A DNA stretch of 64,000 bases from an uncultured bacterium. Lineage in GTDB: Bacteria; Margulisbacteria; WOR-1; JAKLHX01. The position numbers and the translations under genes are program-made. Shown piece by piece: positions 30,809-41,329 of the stretch; positions within the stretch are counted from its first letter, which is position 1, and each line of letters starts with the position of its first letter. Under the pieces are notes generated by a model. The model saw only the letters and a list, made by a program, of their open reading frames with translations, ran no database searches and was not told the DNA's origin. The stretch covers positions 151,965-215,964 of the forward strand of contig CAZQZN010000001.1 in NCBI GenBank assembly GCA_964597815.1. Reading direction: 5' to 3'.

Positions 30809-31885
30809 ATGAACGAAATTAAAAATTTTGCAAGCATAAAAGTTTTTGGAGTTGGTGGAGCTGGCACAAATGCCGTAAACAGGATGATAGGTGCCGGATT
30901 AAAAGGCGTTGAGTTTTGGGTTGCAAACACCGACCTTCAGGCGATAAGTGTTTCACTTGCTGATAAAAGGATACATTTAGGATCAAAACTCACCAAAGGA
31001 CTTGGTGCTGGTGCAAATCCTGAAATAGGAATGAAAGCTGCTGAAGAATCGAGAGATGAGATTGCAAAAGCTGTTGAAGGCGCGGATATGATATTTTTGA
31101 CTGCCGGTTTTGGTGGAGGCACTGGTACAGGTGCTACTCCAATCATTGCTGAAGTTGCCAAAGATATGGGGATTTTGACAATTGGCGTTGTGACAAAGCC
31201 TTTTAAGTTTGAGGGTCCTGTTAGAAACGCTCAAGCTGAAAATGGCATATCGATTTTAAGGGAAAAGGTTGATGCGCTCATAATAATTCCGAATGACAAA
31301 CTGCTCCAAGTTATTGACAAAAAGACTCCAATAACGGATGCTTTTAAAGTTGCTGATGATGTTTTAAGACAAGGAGTAAAAGGCATTTCTGATTTGATAA
31401 CTGTTCCCGGATTGATAAACCTTGATTTTGCCGATGTAAGAACTATTATGGCTGATGCTGGATCTGCAATGATGGGAATAGGAATTGCATCAGGAGAAAA
31501 TAGAGCTGTTGAAGCTGCTGAACAGGCCATATCTTCGCCGTTATTGGAAGAAACAATAACTGGTGCAACAGGTGTAATCTTTAATGTTACTGGGGGATCC
31601 GATTTGACCTTATTTGAAATAAACGAAGCCGCTTCTGTGATTTACAATGCAGCTGATCCAGGTGCAAACATAATTTTTGGTTCTGTAATTGATGAAAAAA
31701 TGCAGGGTGATATAATGATAACTGTTATAGCAACAGGATTTAAGAGAGCAACTCAAGATCAACCATTTAGATCTAATGTAATGCCCGCGCTAAAGTCAGA
31801 AAATTTGAAAAACCAAAAAGTTCCTCAGCAGAAAACTCCAAATATTGACATGCCGGATTTTTTGCAGGGTATAGCAAGGGCTTAA
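30809..31885 (+). CDS. ftsZ: Cell division GTPase FtsZ
   Basis: [13 protein letters not shown] and the tubulin signature GGGTGTG; AGGAG RBS upstream. Confidence 0.95.
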   Translation: MNEIKNFASIKVFGVGGAGTNAVNRMIGAGLKGVEFWVANTDLQAISVSLADKRIHLGSKLTKGLGAGANPEIGMKAAEESRDEIAKAVEGADMIFLTAGFGGGTGTGATPIIAEVAKDMGILTIGVVTKPFKFEGPVRNAQAENGISILREKVDALIIIPNDKLLQVIDKKTPITDAFKVADDVLRQGVKGISDLITVPGLINLDFADVRTIMADAGSAMMGIGIASGENRAVEAAEQAISSPLLEETITGATGVIFNVTGGSDLTLFEINEAASVIYNAADPGANIIFGSVIDEKMQGDIMITVIATGFKRATQDQPFRSNVMPALKSENLKNQKVPQQKTPNIDMPDFLQGIARA

Positions 31886-31975
31886 AAAACTTCAATATTT
31901 CAATTTTTTGAAATAATAAAGAATGCAATCTTATAAAAATTTATTGCAAATTTTAGCAGTAATTGTTTTGACCAA

Positions 31976-33169
31976 TTATAATCCCGCTTCTTTTTTTAAT
32001 ATTTTGGCTTTATCTGTTTTTTCCCAGGGCAAATCCAAATCAGGTCTACCAAAATGTCCATAAGCGGCAACTTGTTTGTAAATTGGCCTTCTTAAATCGA
32101 GATTCTTAATAATTCTTCCTGGTCTAAGATCAAAATGTTTATTGACAAGCTCTGCTATTTTGTTATCTGTTATTTTACCTGTACCAAATGTATCAACCAT
32201 AATGGAAAGAGGTCTGGCAACACCAATAGCATAGGCAAATTGCACTTCACATTTATCTGCAAGCCCAGCTGCAACAATATTCTTTGCAACATATCTGGCT
32301 GCGTAACTTCCTGATCTGTCTACTTTTGTTGGATCTTTTCCTGAGAAAGCTCCGCCTCCATGCCTGCCAACTCCTCCATAAGTATCGATGATTATTTTTC
32401 TTCCAGTAAGTCCAGTATCGCCTTGAGGGCCCCCGATCACAAATCTTCCGGTTGTGTTTACATATATCTTTGTGTTCTTATCCATTAGTTCAGCAGGTAT
32501 TATCCTATTGATAACTCGTTCTGTTATATCGTTTTTGATTCTGTCTTGATCAACATCTGGATTGTGTTGAGCGGCAATTAATACACTATCAACGCGAATT
32601 GGTTTGTCGTTTTCGTATTCGATAGTTACTTGCGTTTTGCCATCAGGTCTTAAATATTTTAGTTCGCCGCTTTTTCTGACATCAGCGAGTTTTTTGGCAA
32701 GTTTTTGTGCCAAAGATATTGGCAGAGGCATTAGTTCAGGAGTTTCATTGCAGGCATACCCAAACATCAATCCTTGATCTCCAGCTCCAAGATTATCCAA
32801 ATCTTCTTTTACAACTTCTCCTCCTCTTACCTCTAAAGCCGTATCTACACCTCGTTCTATATCTTTTGATTGTTCTTTTATTGAGACCAAAACTCCACAA
32901 GTTTCATAATCAAAGCCTATTTCTCTGCTAACATAACCAATTTCTTTTATGGTATTTCTAACAATCGAAGGGATATCAACATAAGTGCCTGTGGTTATTT
33001 CTCCGGCAACAATAACGAGTCCGTTTGTTGTCAAAGCTTCGCAGGCAACTCTGGCAGGAGGATCTTTCTTAATAATCTCATCCAGAATAGCGTCAGATAT
33101 TTGGTCACACATCTTGTCCGGATGGCCTTCGGTAACAGATTCGCAAGTAAACAAGTATCTTTTGCTCAT
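31976..33169 (-). CDS. metK: S-adenosylmethionine synthetase
   Basis: [24 protein letters not shown] plus [16 protein letters not shown]. Confidence 0.95.
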   Translation of the reverse strand: MSKRYLFTCESVTEGHPDKMCDQISDAILDEIIKKDPPARVACEALTTNGLVIVAGEITTGTYVDIPSIVRNTIKEIGYVSREIGFDYETCGVLVSIKEQSKDIERGVDTALEVRGGEVVKEDLDNLGAGDQGLMFGYACNETPELMPLPISLAQKLAKKLADVRKSGELKYLRPDGKTQVTIEYENDKPIRVDSVLIAAQHNPDVDQDRIKNDITERVINRIIPAELMDKNTKIYVNTTGRFVIGGPQGDTGLTGRKIIIDTYGGVGRHGGGAFSGKDPTKVDRSGSYAARYVAKNIVAAGLADKCEVQFAYAIGVARPLSIMVDTFGTGKITDNKIAELVNKHFDLRPGRIIKNLDLRRPIYKQVAAYGHFGRPDLDLPWEKTDKAKILKKEAGL

Positions 33170-33241
33170 TGTTTGTCTCCTCTAGTTTTTATTATAGATG
33201 CGTTTGAAGTGTTTCGCAACAGGTGTTAGAATAAACTTATC

Positions 33242-33679
33242 GTGGGAAATTTGAGCGAACATTTTAGTTATAGAGATTTTGCGTGCAAATGTAAAAAATG
33301 CAAATCAGAAGTAAAGATACATCTTGGATTAGTTGGTGCTCTTGAAGCAATATCAGCTAATTTTAGAAGAGTTCCTAGAATAGTTGACGCTTATAGGTGT
33401 GAAGATTCGTCAAACACACTGGTGCCAATCAAGAAAGATTCGCATAGGCAGGGAAGGGCTGTGCATATTTACATAGATGGCGTACCATTAAATCAGCTTT
33501 TTGAATTTGTAAAAACACTTCCGGAAATTAGAGGCATTGGTTATTATCAAGAAGAGGGAATCCTTCATATTGACACAAGGCAATCAGAAAAAGATCAGCA
33601 AAAAGATATCTGGGTAAAAGAAAACGGGAAAATACTGCCGTTAACTCCTGATTTAAAATCCAAATACAACCTTAGATAA
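33242..33679 (+). CDS. Peptidase M15A-like (YcbK/DUF882-type) small zinc D,D-peptidase fold protein
   Basis: FSYRDFACKCKKC; SAYRCE...SHRQGRAVHI; GIGYY...LHIDTR pattern. Confidence 0.55.
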   Translation: MGNLSEHFSYRDFACKCKKCKSEVKIHLGLVGALEAISANFRRVPRIVDAYRCEDSSNTLVPIKKDSHRQGRAVHIYIDGVPLNQLFEFVKTLPEIRGIGYYQEEGILHIDTRQSEKDQQKDIWVKENGKILPLTPDLKSKYNLR

Positions 33680-33684
33680 TTTTT

Positions 33685-34578
33685 ATGTTTGACAATCTGG
33701 CAAAATCTTTTGCTGAATACTTAAAACAAGAAAGAAATTTTTCAGACCATACAATTAATTCTTACCTTTTGGATTTAAAGGATTTAATCAACTTTTGCAA
33801 AACTTGCGGCATAAACTATCCGAATTCATTTACGAGGCATGATGCTCGCAAATTTCTGTCGCAAATTGAGGAAAAAGGTTTGTCAATGAGAACTATTGCA
33901 AGAAAAGTTTCATGTTTCCGATCATTTTTCTCTTTTTTGGTAAAAAAGCACTTGTCAAATTCAAATCCTTGGAAGGCAGTTTCTTTGCCTAAAATTTCAA
34001 AAAGACTGCCAGAGTTTTTATATCCTGAAGAAGTTGACCTTCTTTTGGAAAATTTTGATGTAAGAGATCCTATAAGTTCAAGGGACAAAGCTATTCTTGA
34101 AACACTATATGCCTCCGGAATGAGAGTAAGTGAACTTGTAAAGCTGAATTTATCAGATGTTGATTTTGATGAAGGAGAAATACTTGTAACAGGCAAAGGT
34201 TCAAAAGAAAGAATTGTTTTGATTGGTTCAAAAGCGAATTTAGCATTGAAAGATTATATTAAATTTGGTCGTCCAAAATTAATCAAGAACTCTTCAAGCA
34301 GAGCTCTTTTTGTAAATAAAATGGGAGGTCGTCTTACATCTAGGTCAGTTGAAAGAATCATTCAAAATCGTTTAAAAAAATGCAGCATCCAAAAGAAAAT
34401 TACTCCACATTCTTTAAGGCATAGTTTTGCCACTCATTTGCTTGAAAGAGGTGCGGATCTAAGAATTGTTCAAGAGCTTTTGGGGCATTCATCTTTGTCA
34501 ACAACTCAGATCTATACCCATTTAACAAAGGAAAGGTTAAAAAGCGTATACGATAATTCTCATCCAAGGTCGACATAA
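33685..34578 (+). CDS. Tyrosine recombinase XerC/XerD family (chromosome dimer resolution)
   Basis: N-terminal SAM-like core-binding domain; catalytic R..HSLRHSFATHLLERGADLRIVQELLGHSSLSTTQIYTHL. Confidence 0.85.
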   Translation: MFDNLAKSFAEYLKQERNFSDHTINSYLLDLKDLINFCKTCGINYPNSFTRHDARKFLSQIEEKGLSMRTIARKVSCFRSFFSFLVKKHLSNSNPWKAVSLPKISKRLPEFLYPEEVDLLLENFDVRDPISSRDKAILETLYASGMRVSELVKLNLSDVDFDEGEILVTGKGSKERIVLIGSKANLALKDYIKFGRPKLIKNSSSRALFVNKMGGRLTSRSVERIIQNRLKKCSIQKKITPHSLRHSFATHLLERGADLRIVQELLGHSSLSTTQIYTHLTKERLKSVYDNSHPRST

Positions 34579-34619
34579 ATTCGATTGGCAATGGTTATGT
34601 TGCAGACTTTTGTTGCCAC

Positions 34620-35096
34620 TTGTATAATTTAAATATAGTGCTTTTAGATCTAAACGGGTTATTAAAAGAAAAAGGCGTTAGAATCCTTTACAGTGAAAAT
34701 GTTTATGTGGAGGTTCCAAAGGAAGAAATAGACATTGTAAACCCAGTTAATGTCAATTTGGAGTTCACAAATACAGGTGATGGGCTTTGGATGCAGGGGA
34801 AAATTGTTGCGAATGTTCACTTAAACTGTTCGAGATGTCTTGAAAACTATGTTGGCCAAATTGTTGCTGTTGTTGAAGAGAGATTAAAAAAACAATCGGA
34901 TGTAGAGGAAGATGATATAGTTTATGAGATTGATGAACATGGGAATTTGGATCTGACAGAGGTTATAAGGCAGAGCCTGATTATGAATATTCCAATCAAA
35001 ACCCTTTGTTCAGAAAGTTGCGACGGTATAGAAATTGAAGAAGTAAAGAAGTTAATTGATCCAAGATTAGAGAAGTTAAAACAAATAAAATTATAG
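34620..35096 (+). CDS. yceD: YceD/DUF177 family protein (large-subunit biogenesis, precedes rpmF)
   Basis: Two Cys pairs (CSRCLENY, CSESCDG) and conserved synteny yceD-rpmF-plsX. Confidence 0.78.
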   Translation: MYNLNIVLLDLNGLLKEKGVRILYSENVYVEVPKEEIDIVNPVNVNLEFTNTGDGLWMQGKIVANVHLNCSRCLENYVGQIVAVVEERLKKQSDVEEDDIVYEIDEHGNLDLTEVIRQSLIMNIPIKTLCSESCDGIEIEEVKKLIDPRLEKLKQIKL

Positions 35097-35107
35097 GAGG
35101 AATACTG

Positions 35108-35311
35108 ATGCCAGTACCAAAGAAAAGACACAGCAACACAAGGACAAATAGAAGAAGAGCAAATTGGAAAGTCGAGAAAATCAATTATGGTTTATGTCCG
35201 TCTTGTGGATCTCCAATACTACCTCACAGAGCGTGCCCAAATTGCGGTTCATATCAGGGAAGAGTTGCTATCACAATAAAAGAGAAAAAAAGCAAAAACA
35301 AGGGAGAATAA
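35108..35311 (+). CDS. rpmF: 50S ribosomal protein L32
   Basis: MPVPKKRHSNTRTNRRRANWK... with a CxxC...CxxC zinc ribbon; GGAGG RBS. Confidence 0.95.
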   Translation: MPVPKKRHSNTRTNRRRANWKVEKINYGLCPSCGSPILPHRACPNCGSYQGRVAITIKEKKSKNKGE

Positions 35312-35314
35312 TCC

Positions 35315-36289
35315 TTGATACGGATTGCAATTGATGCGATGGGCGGAGATCATGCCCCCGAGGAAATAATCAAAGGTGCTGAGTCGTTTCTCAAAGAAGA
35401 AAATGTTTCTCTGATACTCGTCGGTGATAGAGAAAAAATTAGTCATTTAAGAAAAGATCTGCGCACCGAAATTGTTCATTGTAGCGAAGTTATTTCTATG
35501 AATGAACCTCCTGTGCAGGCTGTCAAACAGAAAAAAAACGCATCAATAAATGTTGCAATGGAATTGGTTAAGGAGGGGAAAGCCGATGCTGTCATTTCGG
35601 CTGGTAATACTGGTGCGATAATGGCATCTGCACTCTTTAAAATTGGCAGAATTGAAGGAGTTGAACGGCCTGCGATTGCAACAATTTTTCCAAATGTTCA
35701 TGGAGGAGAGTTTTTGCTTCTGGATATGGGTGCAAATGTTGACTGCAAGCCAAAGCACTTGGAGCAATTTGCTATGATGGGTTATCTTTATGCCGAAAAA
35801 GTTATGCATATAAAAAACCCAAGAGTAGGTCTCCTTAGCATTGGGACTGAAAAAGAAAAGGGGAATGAATTGACACAGCAATCATATGAATTAATAAAGC
35901 AAAAATCACTCAATTTTATTGGAAATGTCGAAGGAGGAGACCTTTTTACAAACAAAGTTGATGTTGTGGTGTGCGATGGTTTTGTTGGAAATGTTGTTCT
36001 AAAAATTTCCGAAAGTTTGTCAACACAGTTGTTTTTGATGTTGAAAGAAGAAATTAAAAAAGATTTGATCTCAAAACTTGGAGTGTTCTTTTTAAAAAAT
36101 TCTTTCAATAACTTTAAGAAGAAAATAGATTATGATGAACATGGTGCTGCTCCGTTGCTTGGAGTAAACGGCATTGTGTTTAAGGCACATGGCAGAGCAA
36201 AAGCAAAAGCGATAAAAAACGCAATCAGGGTTTGTTCTGAGGCGATAAAAAATGATATTGTAAAAAGTATAAGAGAAGGAATAAAATGA
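35315..36289 (+). CDS. plsX: Phosphate:acyl-ACP acyltransferase (TTG start)
   Basis: IAIDAMGGDHAPEE N-terminus. The only upstream in-frame start after the rpmF stop is TTG at 35315. Confidence 0.88.
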   Translation: MIRIAIDAMGGDHAPEEIIKGAESFLKEENVSLILVGDREKISHLRKDLRTEIVHCSEVISMNEPPVQAVKQKKNASINVAMELVKEGKADAVISAGNTGAIMASALFKIGRIEGVERPAIATIFPNVHGGEFLLLDMGANVDCKPKHLEQFAMMGYLYAEKVMHIKNPRVGLLSIGTEKEKGNELTQQSYELIKQKSLNFIGNVEGGDLFTNKVDVVVCDGFVGNVVLKISESLSTQLFLMLKEEIKKDLISKLGVFFLKNSFNNFKKKIDYDEHGAAPLLGVNGIVFKAHGRAKAKAIKNAIRVCSEAIKNDIVKSIREGIK

Positions 36290-37263
36290 AAAGCTCAAAA
36301 ATTGTTGGAACTGGATCCTGTTTGCCGGAAAAAATTTTGACAAACCTCGATTTAGAAAAAATTGTTGAAACCTCTGATGAATGGATAAAGACAAGAACTG
36401 GAATTTCTGAGAGAAGAATTACTGATGATGCTGTTGCGACTTCTGATTTGGCCATAAAAGCGGCAAAAAGTGCCATTGATATGTCTGGGATAAAAAGCAG
36501 TGATTTGGATTTAATAATTGTTGGCACCACTTCTCCAGATACTTTGTTTCCTTCCACAGCTTGCATTATCCAAAATCTTTTGGACGCCAAAAAAGCTGTT
36601 GCATTTGATGTGTCTGCGGCTTGTTCCGGCTTTAATTTTGCTTTATCAATAGCACACAATTTCATTTCGTCAAATGTTTATGGCAACGCACTTGTTATTG
36701 GAGCAGACACTCTAACAAAATATCTAAACTGGTCTGATAGAAATACATGTGTTTTGTTTGGCGATGGTGCTGGAGCGGTTGTTTTGACACAATGCGAAAA
36801 AAACAGCGGAATTTTGGCTAATTATCTTCATGCAGAGGGCAGTGGCGGCAAGTATCTTATTATGCCGGGCGGAGGAAGCCGTAATCCTAATCCAAAATCA
36901 GAGGAAGAACGTTGCATAAAAATGGATGGCAAAGAGGTTTTTAAATTTGCTGTAAGGGCTATGGAAGAAGGCATTATTAAAGTTGCTGAGATGGCAGATA
37001 TTGATTTAAGTGATATTGATTTGGTAATTCCACATCAGGCAAATGTCAGAATAATCGATCATGTTGCTAAAAAAATAGGAATTTCAAAAGAGAAATTCTT
37101 TACAAATTTGCAAAAATATGGAAATACTTCTGCTGCATCAGTTCCAATTGCCTTAGATGAGGCATACCGTAGCGGAATTGTGAAAAATGATGATATAATT
37201 GCTTTGGTTGGGTTTGGCGCTGGTTTGACCAGCGGAGCAAATTTAGTTAAATGGGAGGTATAG
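36286..37263 (+). CDS. fabH: 3-oxoacyl-ACP synthase III
   Basis: Active-site AACSGF, His/Asn motifs, and N-terminal SKIVGTGSCLPEK. Confidence 0.9.
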   Translation: MKSSKIVGTGSCLPEKILTNLDLEKIVETSDEWIKTRTGISERRITDDAVATSDLAIKAAKSAIDMSGIKSSDLDLIIVGTTSPDTLFPSTACIIQNLLDAKKAVAFDVSAACSGFNFALSIAHNFISSNVYGNALVIGADTLTKYLNWSDRNTCVLFGDGAGAVVLTQCEKNSGILANYLHAEGSGGKYLIMPGGGSRNPNPKSEEERCIKMDGKEVFKFAVRAMEEGIIKVAEMADIDLSDIDLVIPHQANVRIIDHVAKKIGISKEKFFTNLQKYGNTSAASVPIALDEAYRSGIVKNDDIIALVGFGAGLTSGANLVKWEV

Positions 37264-37273
37264 ACAATAAGTT

Positions 37274-38431
37274 ATGGAATATGGATTAACTGAAGAACAA
37301 ATAATGATAAGAGACCTTGCAAGAAAGATTTCTGTTGAAAAAGTCAAGCCAGTCAGAGCCGAACTTGATGAAACGGGCAAATTCCCATGGGATTTAATGA
37401 ATGAATTTGCAAAAGCTGACTTGTGCGGACTTTATATTCCTGAAAAATATGGCGGTTTTGGCGGAGGTTGTTTGGAATTTTGCCTCGCAACTGAGGAAAT
37501 AAGCAGAATTTGTGGTGGGGTTGGAGTAACTTTTGCTGCTTCTGCACTCGGGGCATTTCCTATTTTAATGTTTGGCACTGAAGAACAAAAAGAGAAATAT
37601 CTTCCTGACATAGCTTCTGGCAAAAAACTTGCCGCATTTGGCTTAACAGAAGCAAACGCTGGTTCGGATGCTGCTGGAATTCAGACAACTGCAAAAAAAG
37701 ATGGTGATTATTACATTTTAAATGGCACAAAACAATGGATAACAAATGGAGGAGAAGCAGAAACATACACTGTCATTGCGATGACTGACAAATCAAAAGG
37801 CAGCCGTGGTGCGACGGCATTTATACTTGAAAAAGGCATGAAAGGTTTTGACTTTGGGAAAAAGGAAAACAAAATGGGGATAAGGGCTTCGGCGACAAGG
37901 GAATTGATCTTTCAGGATTGCAAGGTTCACAAATCTCAAATACTTGGCAAAGAAGGAATGGGATTTATTGTTGCAATGAAAACCCTTGACAGAACAAGGC
38001 CCGGGATAGGCGCTCAGGCGGTTGGAATTGCGCAAGGAGCGTTAGATGAGGCGCTTGCATATTCAAAAACGAGAATTCAATTTGAGAAACCAATTTCTTC
38101 ATTTCAAGCTGTTCAACATATGCTTGCAGATATGGCAACACAGATTGAAGCAGCCCGAGCTCTTGTTTATGCAACGGCGAGGACTGTTGATGCCGGCGTT
38201 CAAGATATTTCAAAAGATAGTGCCATGTGCAAACTTTTTGCAAGTGATGTTGCAATGAAAGTGACAACAGATGCTGTTCAGATTTTTGGAGGATATGGCT
38301 ATATGAAGGAGTATCCAGTAGAAAAAATGATGCGTGATGCAAAAATCACTCAAATATATGAAGGCACCAATCAAATTCAACGAAATGTAATTGCTCTTTC
38401 ATTGATCAAAGAGTTGGCAGCGAAGAAATAA
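37274..38431 (+). CDS. Acyl-CoA dehydrogenase (short-chain/butyryl-CoA dehydrogenase-like) embedded in the fab operon
   Basis: ACAD family motifs GLTEANAGSDAAG and QIFGGYGYMKEYPVEKMMRDAKITQIYEGTNQIQR. Confidence 0.9.
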   Translation: MEYGLTEEQIMIRDLARKISVEKVKPVRAELDETGKFPWDLMNEFAKADLCGLYIPEKYGGFGGGCLEFCLATEEISRICGGVGVTFAASALGAFPILMFGTEEQKEKYLPDIASGKKLAAFGLTEANAGSDAAGIQTTAKKDGDYYILNGTKQWITNGGEAETYTVIAMTDKSKGSRGATAFILEKGMKGFDFGKKENKMGIRASATRELIFQDCKVHKSQILGKEGMGFIVAMKTLDRTRPGIGAQAVGIAQGALDEALAYSKTRIQFEKPISSFQAVQHMLADMATQIEAARALVYATARTVDAGVQDISKDSAMCKLFASDVAMKVTTDAVQIFGGYGYMKEYPVEKMMRDAKITQIYEGTNQIQRNVIALSLIKELAAKK

Positions 38432-38433
38432 CC

Positions 38434-39222
38434 ATGAACATAATAGTTTGTATAAAACAGGTGCCTGATACCACCGATGTAAAAATAGATCCAAAAACCA
38501 ACACCTTGATAAGAGAAGGGGTAAAAAGCATTATTAATCCATTTGATGAAAATGCGATAGAAGAAGCTTTGCGCATAAAAGAAAAATTTGGTGGAAAAGT
38601 AATTGTTATAACAATGGGGCCTTCACAAGCTGCAGATGCCTTAAAGACCGCAATTGCTATGGGCGCTGATGAAGCAGTGTTGATAAGCGACAGAGCTTTC
38701 GCTGGGGCGGATACTTGGGCAACATCATATACTTTATCTCAAGCAATAAAAAAAATCGGTACTTTTGATTTGGTTTTGTTTGGCAAACAGGCAATCGACG
38801 GTGATACAGCGCAAGTTGGGCCGGGTGTTGCAGAGTTTTTAGATATACCACAAATAACCTTTGCCGTAAATATAGAAATTGACAAAGAAAACAGAAAAAT
38901 CAAGGCAAAAAGACAGTTAGAAGATTCCTCAGAAACGATAGAAACAAATCTTCCTGCGGCAGTTACTGTAGTAAAACAAATAAATGAGCCGCGCATGCCG
39001 TCGTTAAAGGGACAAATCAGGGCAAAAAAAACCGAAATACCTGTTTGGACAGCTGATGATATACTTGCAGAACCGGACAATATTGGATTAAAGGGATCAC
39101 CAACTCAAGTTGTAAAAATTTTTACTCCTCCTCCGAGAGGCAATAGTCAAATTCTTGAAGGAACGCCTGAAGAGATTGCAGAAAAATTATTCCAAAAGTT
39201 AAAGGAGCAAAAGGTACTTTAA
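38434..39222 (+). CDS. etfB: Electron transfer flavoprotein beta subunit
   Basis: [13 protein letters not shown]... EtfB fold, about 260 aa. Confidence 0.9.
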   Translation: MNIIVCIKQVPDTTDVKIDPKTNTLIREGVKSIINPFDENAIEEALRIKEKFGGKVIVITMGPSQAADALKTAIAMGADEAVLISDRAFAGADTWATSYTLSQAIKKIGTFDLVLFGKQAIDGDTAQVGPGVAEFLDIPQITFAVNIEIDKENRKIKAKRQLEDSSETIETNLPAAVTVVKQINEPRMPSLKGQIRAKKTEIPVWTADDILAEPDNIGLKGSPTQVVKIFTPPPRGNSQILEGTPEEIAEKLFQKLKEQKVL

Positions 39223-40424
39223 TGGTTGAAGGAATTAGAGTAATACCTGAAAAATGCAAAGGATGCAAACTTTGTATTCCAGCGTGTCCATTTGGTGCCA
39301 TAGAAATTATTAATAAGGTCGCTGTAATAACAGATAAATGTGTTTTATGTGGCGCTTGTGTTGGAGCATGCAAATTCAATGCAATCATAATAGAAAAGAA
39401 AGAAGAATCACCAAAAAAAGATTTGTCAGGTTATAAAGGGATATGGGTTTTTGCTGAACAGCACAATGGCGAGCTTCAAACAGTTTCAATGGAACTTATT
39501 GCTGAAGGGAAAAAACTTGCAAAGGACATAAATTGTGATGTAACAGCAATACTTTTAGGTGCTGGTAATCTAAAAGATATGGCGCAGGAACTTATTAAAC
39601 ACGGTGCAGACAAAGTAATACTTGTTTCTGACAACAATTTGAAAAATTACCTTACGGAACCATTTGCTGATACAATCTCTTTCCTGATTGAAAAATATAA
39701 ACCGGAGATTTTTTTGCTTGGTGCTACTACAACCGGCAGAGATCTGGCTTCAAGAATAGCGGCAAGAATAAGGGTTGGACTTACTGCTGATTGCACTGGT
39801 TTGGATATTGATCCAGAAAAAAAGATATTATTGCAAACAAGGCCTGCTTTCGGCGGAAATATTATGGCAACTATTATTTCTCCAAATTTTAGACCTCAGA
39901 TGGCGACAGTCAGACCAAAAGTTTTCAAAAAACTTCCAAAAGATGATTCCAGAAAAGGACAAATAATAGAAGAACAAGCAAAAATAACCGAAAAATCTTT
40001 GAGGGCAAAAATTCTTGAAATAGTGAAATCAACTGAAAAAAAAGTTAATTTGGCTGAAGCCGAAATAATTGTTTCCGGAGGAAGAGGAATTGGCTGTGCA
40101 GAAAATTTCAAGATGATTCAAGAACTTGCCGAAGTTCTTGGTGGAGCAGTTGGGGCAAGCAGGGCAACTGTTGATGCTGGTTGGATATCGCAATACCATC
40201 AGGTAGGGCAGACGGGTAAAACAGTCAGCCCAAAAATATATTTTGCTTGTGGAATTTCTGGAGCAATTCAGCACTTAGCCGGCATGTCTTCCTCTGACAT
40301 AATCATAGCTATAAACAAAGATCCTTATGCTCCAATATTTAATGTTGCTACTTATGGGATAGTTGGAGATGTTCTTGAAATAGTTCCAGCTTTGACGAAA
40401 AAGTTTAAGGAGCTACTCTCTTGA
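39222..40424 (+). CDS. etfA: Electron transfer flavoprotein alpha subunit with N-terminal 2x[4Fe-4S] ferredoxin domain (CarE/FixB-like)
   Basis: [12 protein letters not shown] and [12 protein letters not shown] ferredoxin motifs precede EtfA domains, including the FAD-binding C-terminus. Confidence 0.9.
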   Translation: MVEGIRVIPEKCKGCKLCIPACPFGAIEIINKVAVITDKCVLCGACVGACKFNAIIIEKKEESPKKDLSGYKGIWVFAEQHNGELQTVSMELIAEGKKLAKDINCDVTAILLGAGNLKDMAQELIKHGADKVILVSDNNLKNYLTEPFADTISFLIEKYKPEIFLLGATTTGRDLASRIAARIRVGLTADCTGLDIDPEKKILLQTRPAFGGNIMATIISPNFRPQMATVRPKVFKKLPKDDSRKGQIIEEQAKITEKSLRAKILEIVKSTEKKVNLAEAEIIVSGGRGIGCAENFKMIQELAEVLGGAVGASRATVDAGWISQYHQVGQTGKTVSPKIYFACGISGAIQHLAGMSSSDIIIAINKDPYAPIFNVATYGIVGDVLEIVPALTKKFKELLS

Positions 40425-41329
40425 CAGTTGCTTTTGTTTTTCCCGGACAAGGTTCTCAAAAGGTCGGAATGGGAAAAGATATTTATGATAATTTTGCCAA
40501 GGCAAGAAAAATTTTTGACGAAGCAAACGAAGCATTGGGATTTGATCTTAAAAAAATTTGTTTTGATGGGCCCGAAGATCAGTTAAAACTAACTGAAATA
40601 TCACAACCGGCAATTTTAACAACAAGCATAGCAATTTTAAGTTGTGTCGAAAGCAATCCATCTTTTGTTGCAGGCCATAGTTTAGGCGAATACAGTGCTT
40701 TGGTTTGTGCGAAAGTTTTAAATTTTTCAGATGCAGTCAGGATAGTCCATAAGCGTGGAAAATTTATGCAGGAAGCAGTACCTGTTGGAGAAGGTACTAT
40801 GGCAGCGGTAATTGGCTTGGATAGAGAAACGATTCTAAAATGCTGTCAAATGGCTTCCCAATATGGAGTTGTTGAAGCGGCAAATTTTAATTCACCCGGA
40901 CAAATAGTCCTTTCTGGCACCTTAAAAGCAGTTGAATATGCAAGCAAACTTTGTAAAGAAAACGGGGCAAAAAGAATAATACCATTACAAGTTAGCGCTC
41001 CTTTTCATTGTTCCCTTATGCAACCTGCTGCAGAAAAATTGGCTGTTGAATTGGAAAAGATCAATTTTTCAAACGCACAAATTCCTGTTGTTTCAAATGT
41101 AAATGCAAACCCAACAACAAATGGACAAGAGATCAAACAACTTCTAATAGAACAAGTTGTTAGTTCGGTATTGTGGGAAGATTCTATCAATAAGATGGTA
41201 AATTTAGGAGTTGATTCATTTGTTGAAATTGGATGTGGTAAGGTTTTGACCGGCCTGATTAAAAAAATAAATGGAAATGTTAAAATATACAATATCGAAG
41301 ATTCAGAATCTTTGAAGGAGTACAAATAA
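40421..41329 (+). CDS. fabD: Malonyl-CoA:ACP transacylase
   Basis: FVFPGQGSQ and [10 protein letters not shown] motifs. Confidence 0.9.
   Translation: MTVAFVFPGQGSQKVGMGKDIYDNFAKARKIFDEANEALGFDLKKICFDGPEDQLKLTEISQPAILTTSIAILSCVESNPSFVAGHSLGEYSALVCAKVLNFSDAVRIVHKRGKFMQEAVPVGEGTMAAVIGLDRETILKCCQMASQYGVVEAANFNSPGQIVLSGTLKAVEYASKLCKENGAKRIIPLQVSAPFHCSLMQPAAEKLAVELEKINFSNAQIPVVSNVNANPTTNGQEIKQLLIEQVVSSVLWEDSINKMVNLGVDSFVEIGCGKVLTGLIKKINGNVKIYNIEDSESLKEYK

Noticed and set aside
31886-31975. Palindromic ATTTCAATTTTTTGAAAT between the convergent ftsZ and metK as a bidirectional terminator
   Set aside because: It is a perfect but A/T-only 7-bp stem. Its stability is too low to support a terminator call with confidence.
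33170-33241. Possible SAM riboswitch upstream of metK
   Set aside because: The leader is only about 70 nt and lacks the conserved SAM-I helices and kink-turn elements. It is too short for a riboswitch.
33685-34578. Tyrosine recombinase as a possible integrase marking a mobile element
   Set aside because: It has the XerC/XerD-type N-terminal domain and length. It sits among cell-division and translation genes. It has no flanking tRNA, direct repeats or cargo genes, and G+C and codon usage are uniform across the region.
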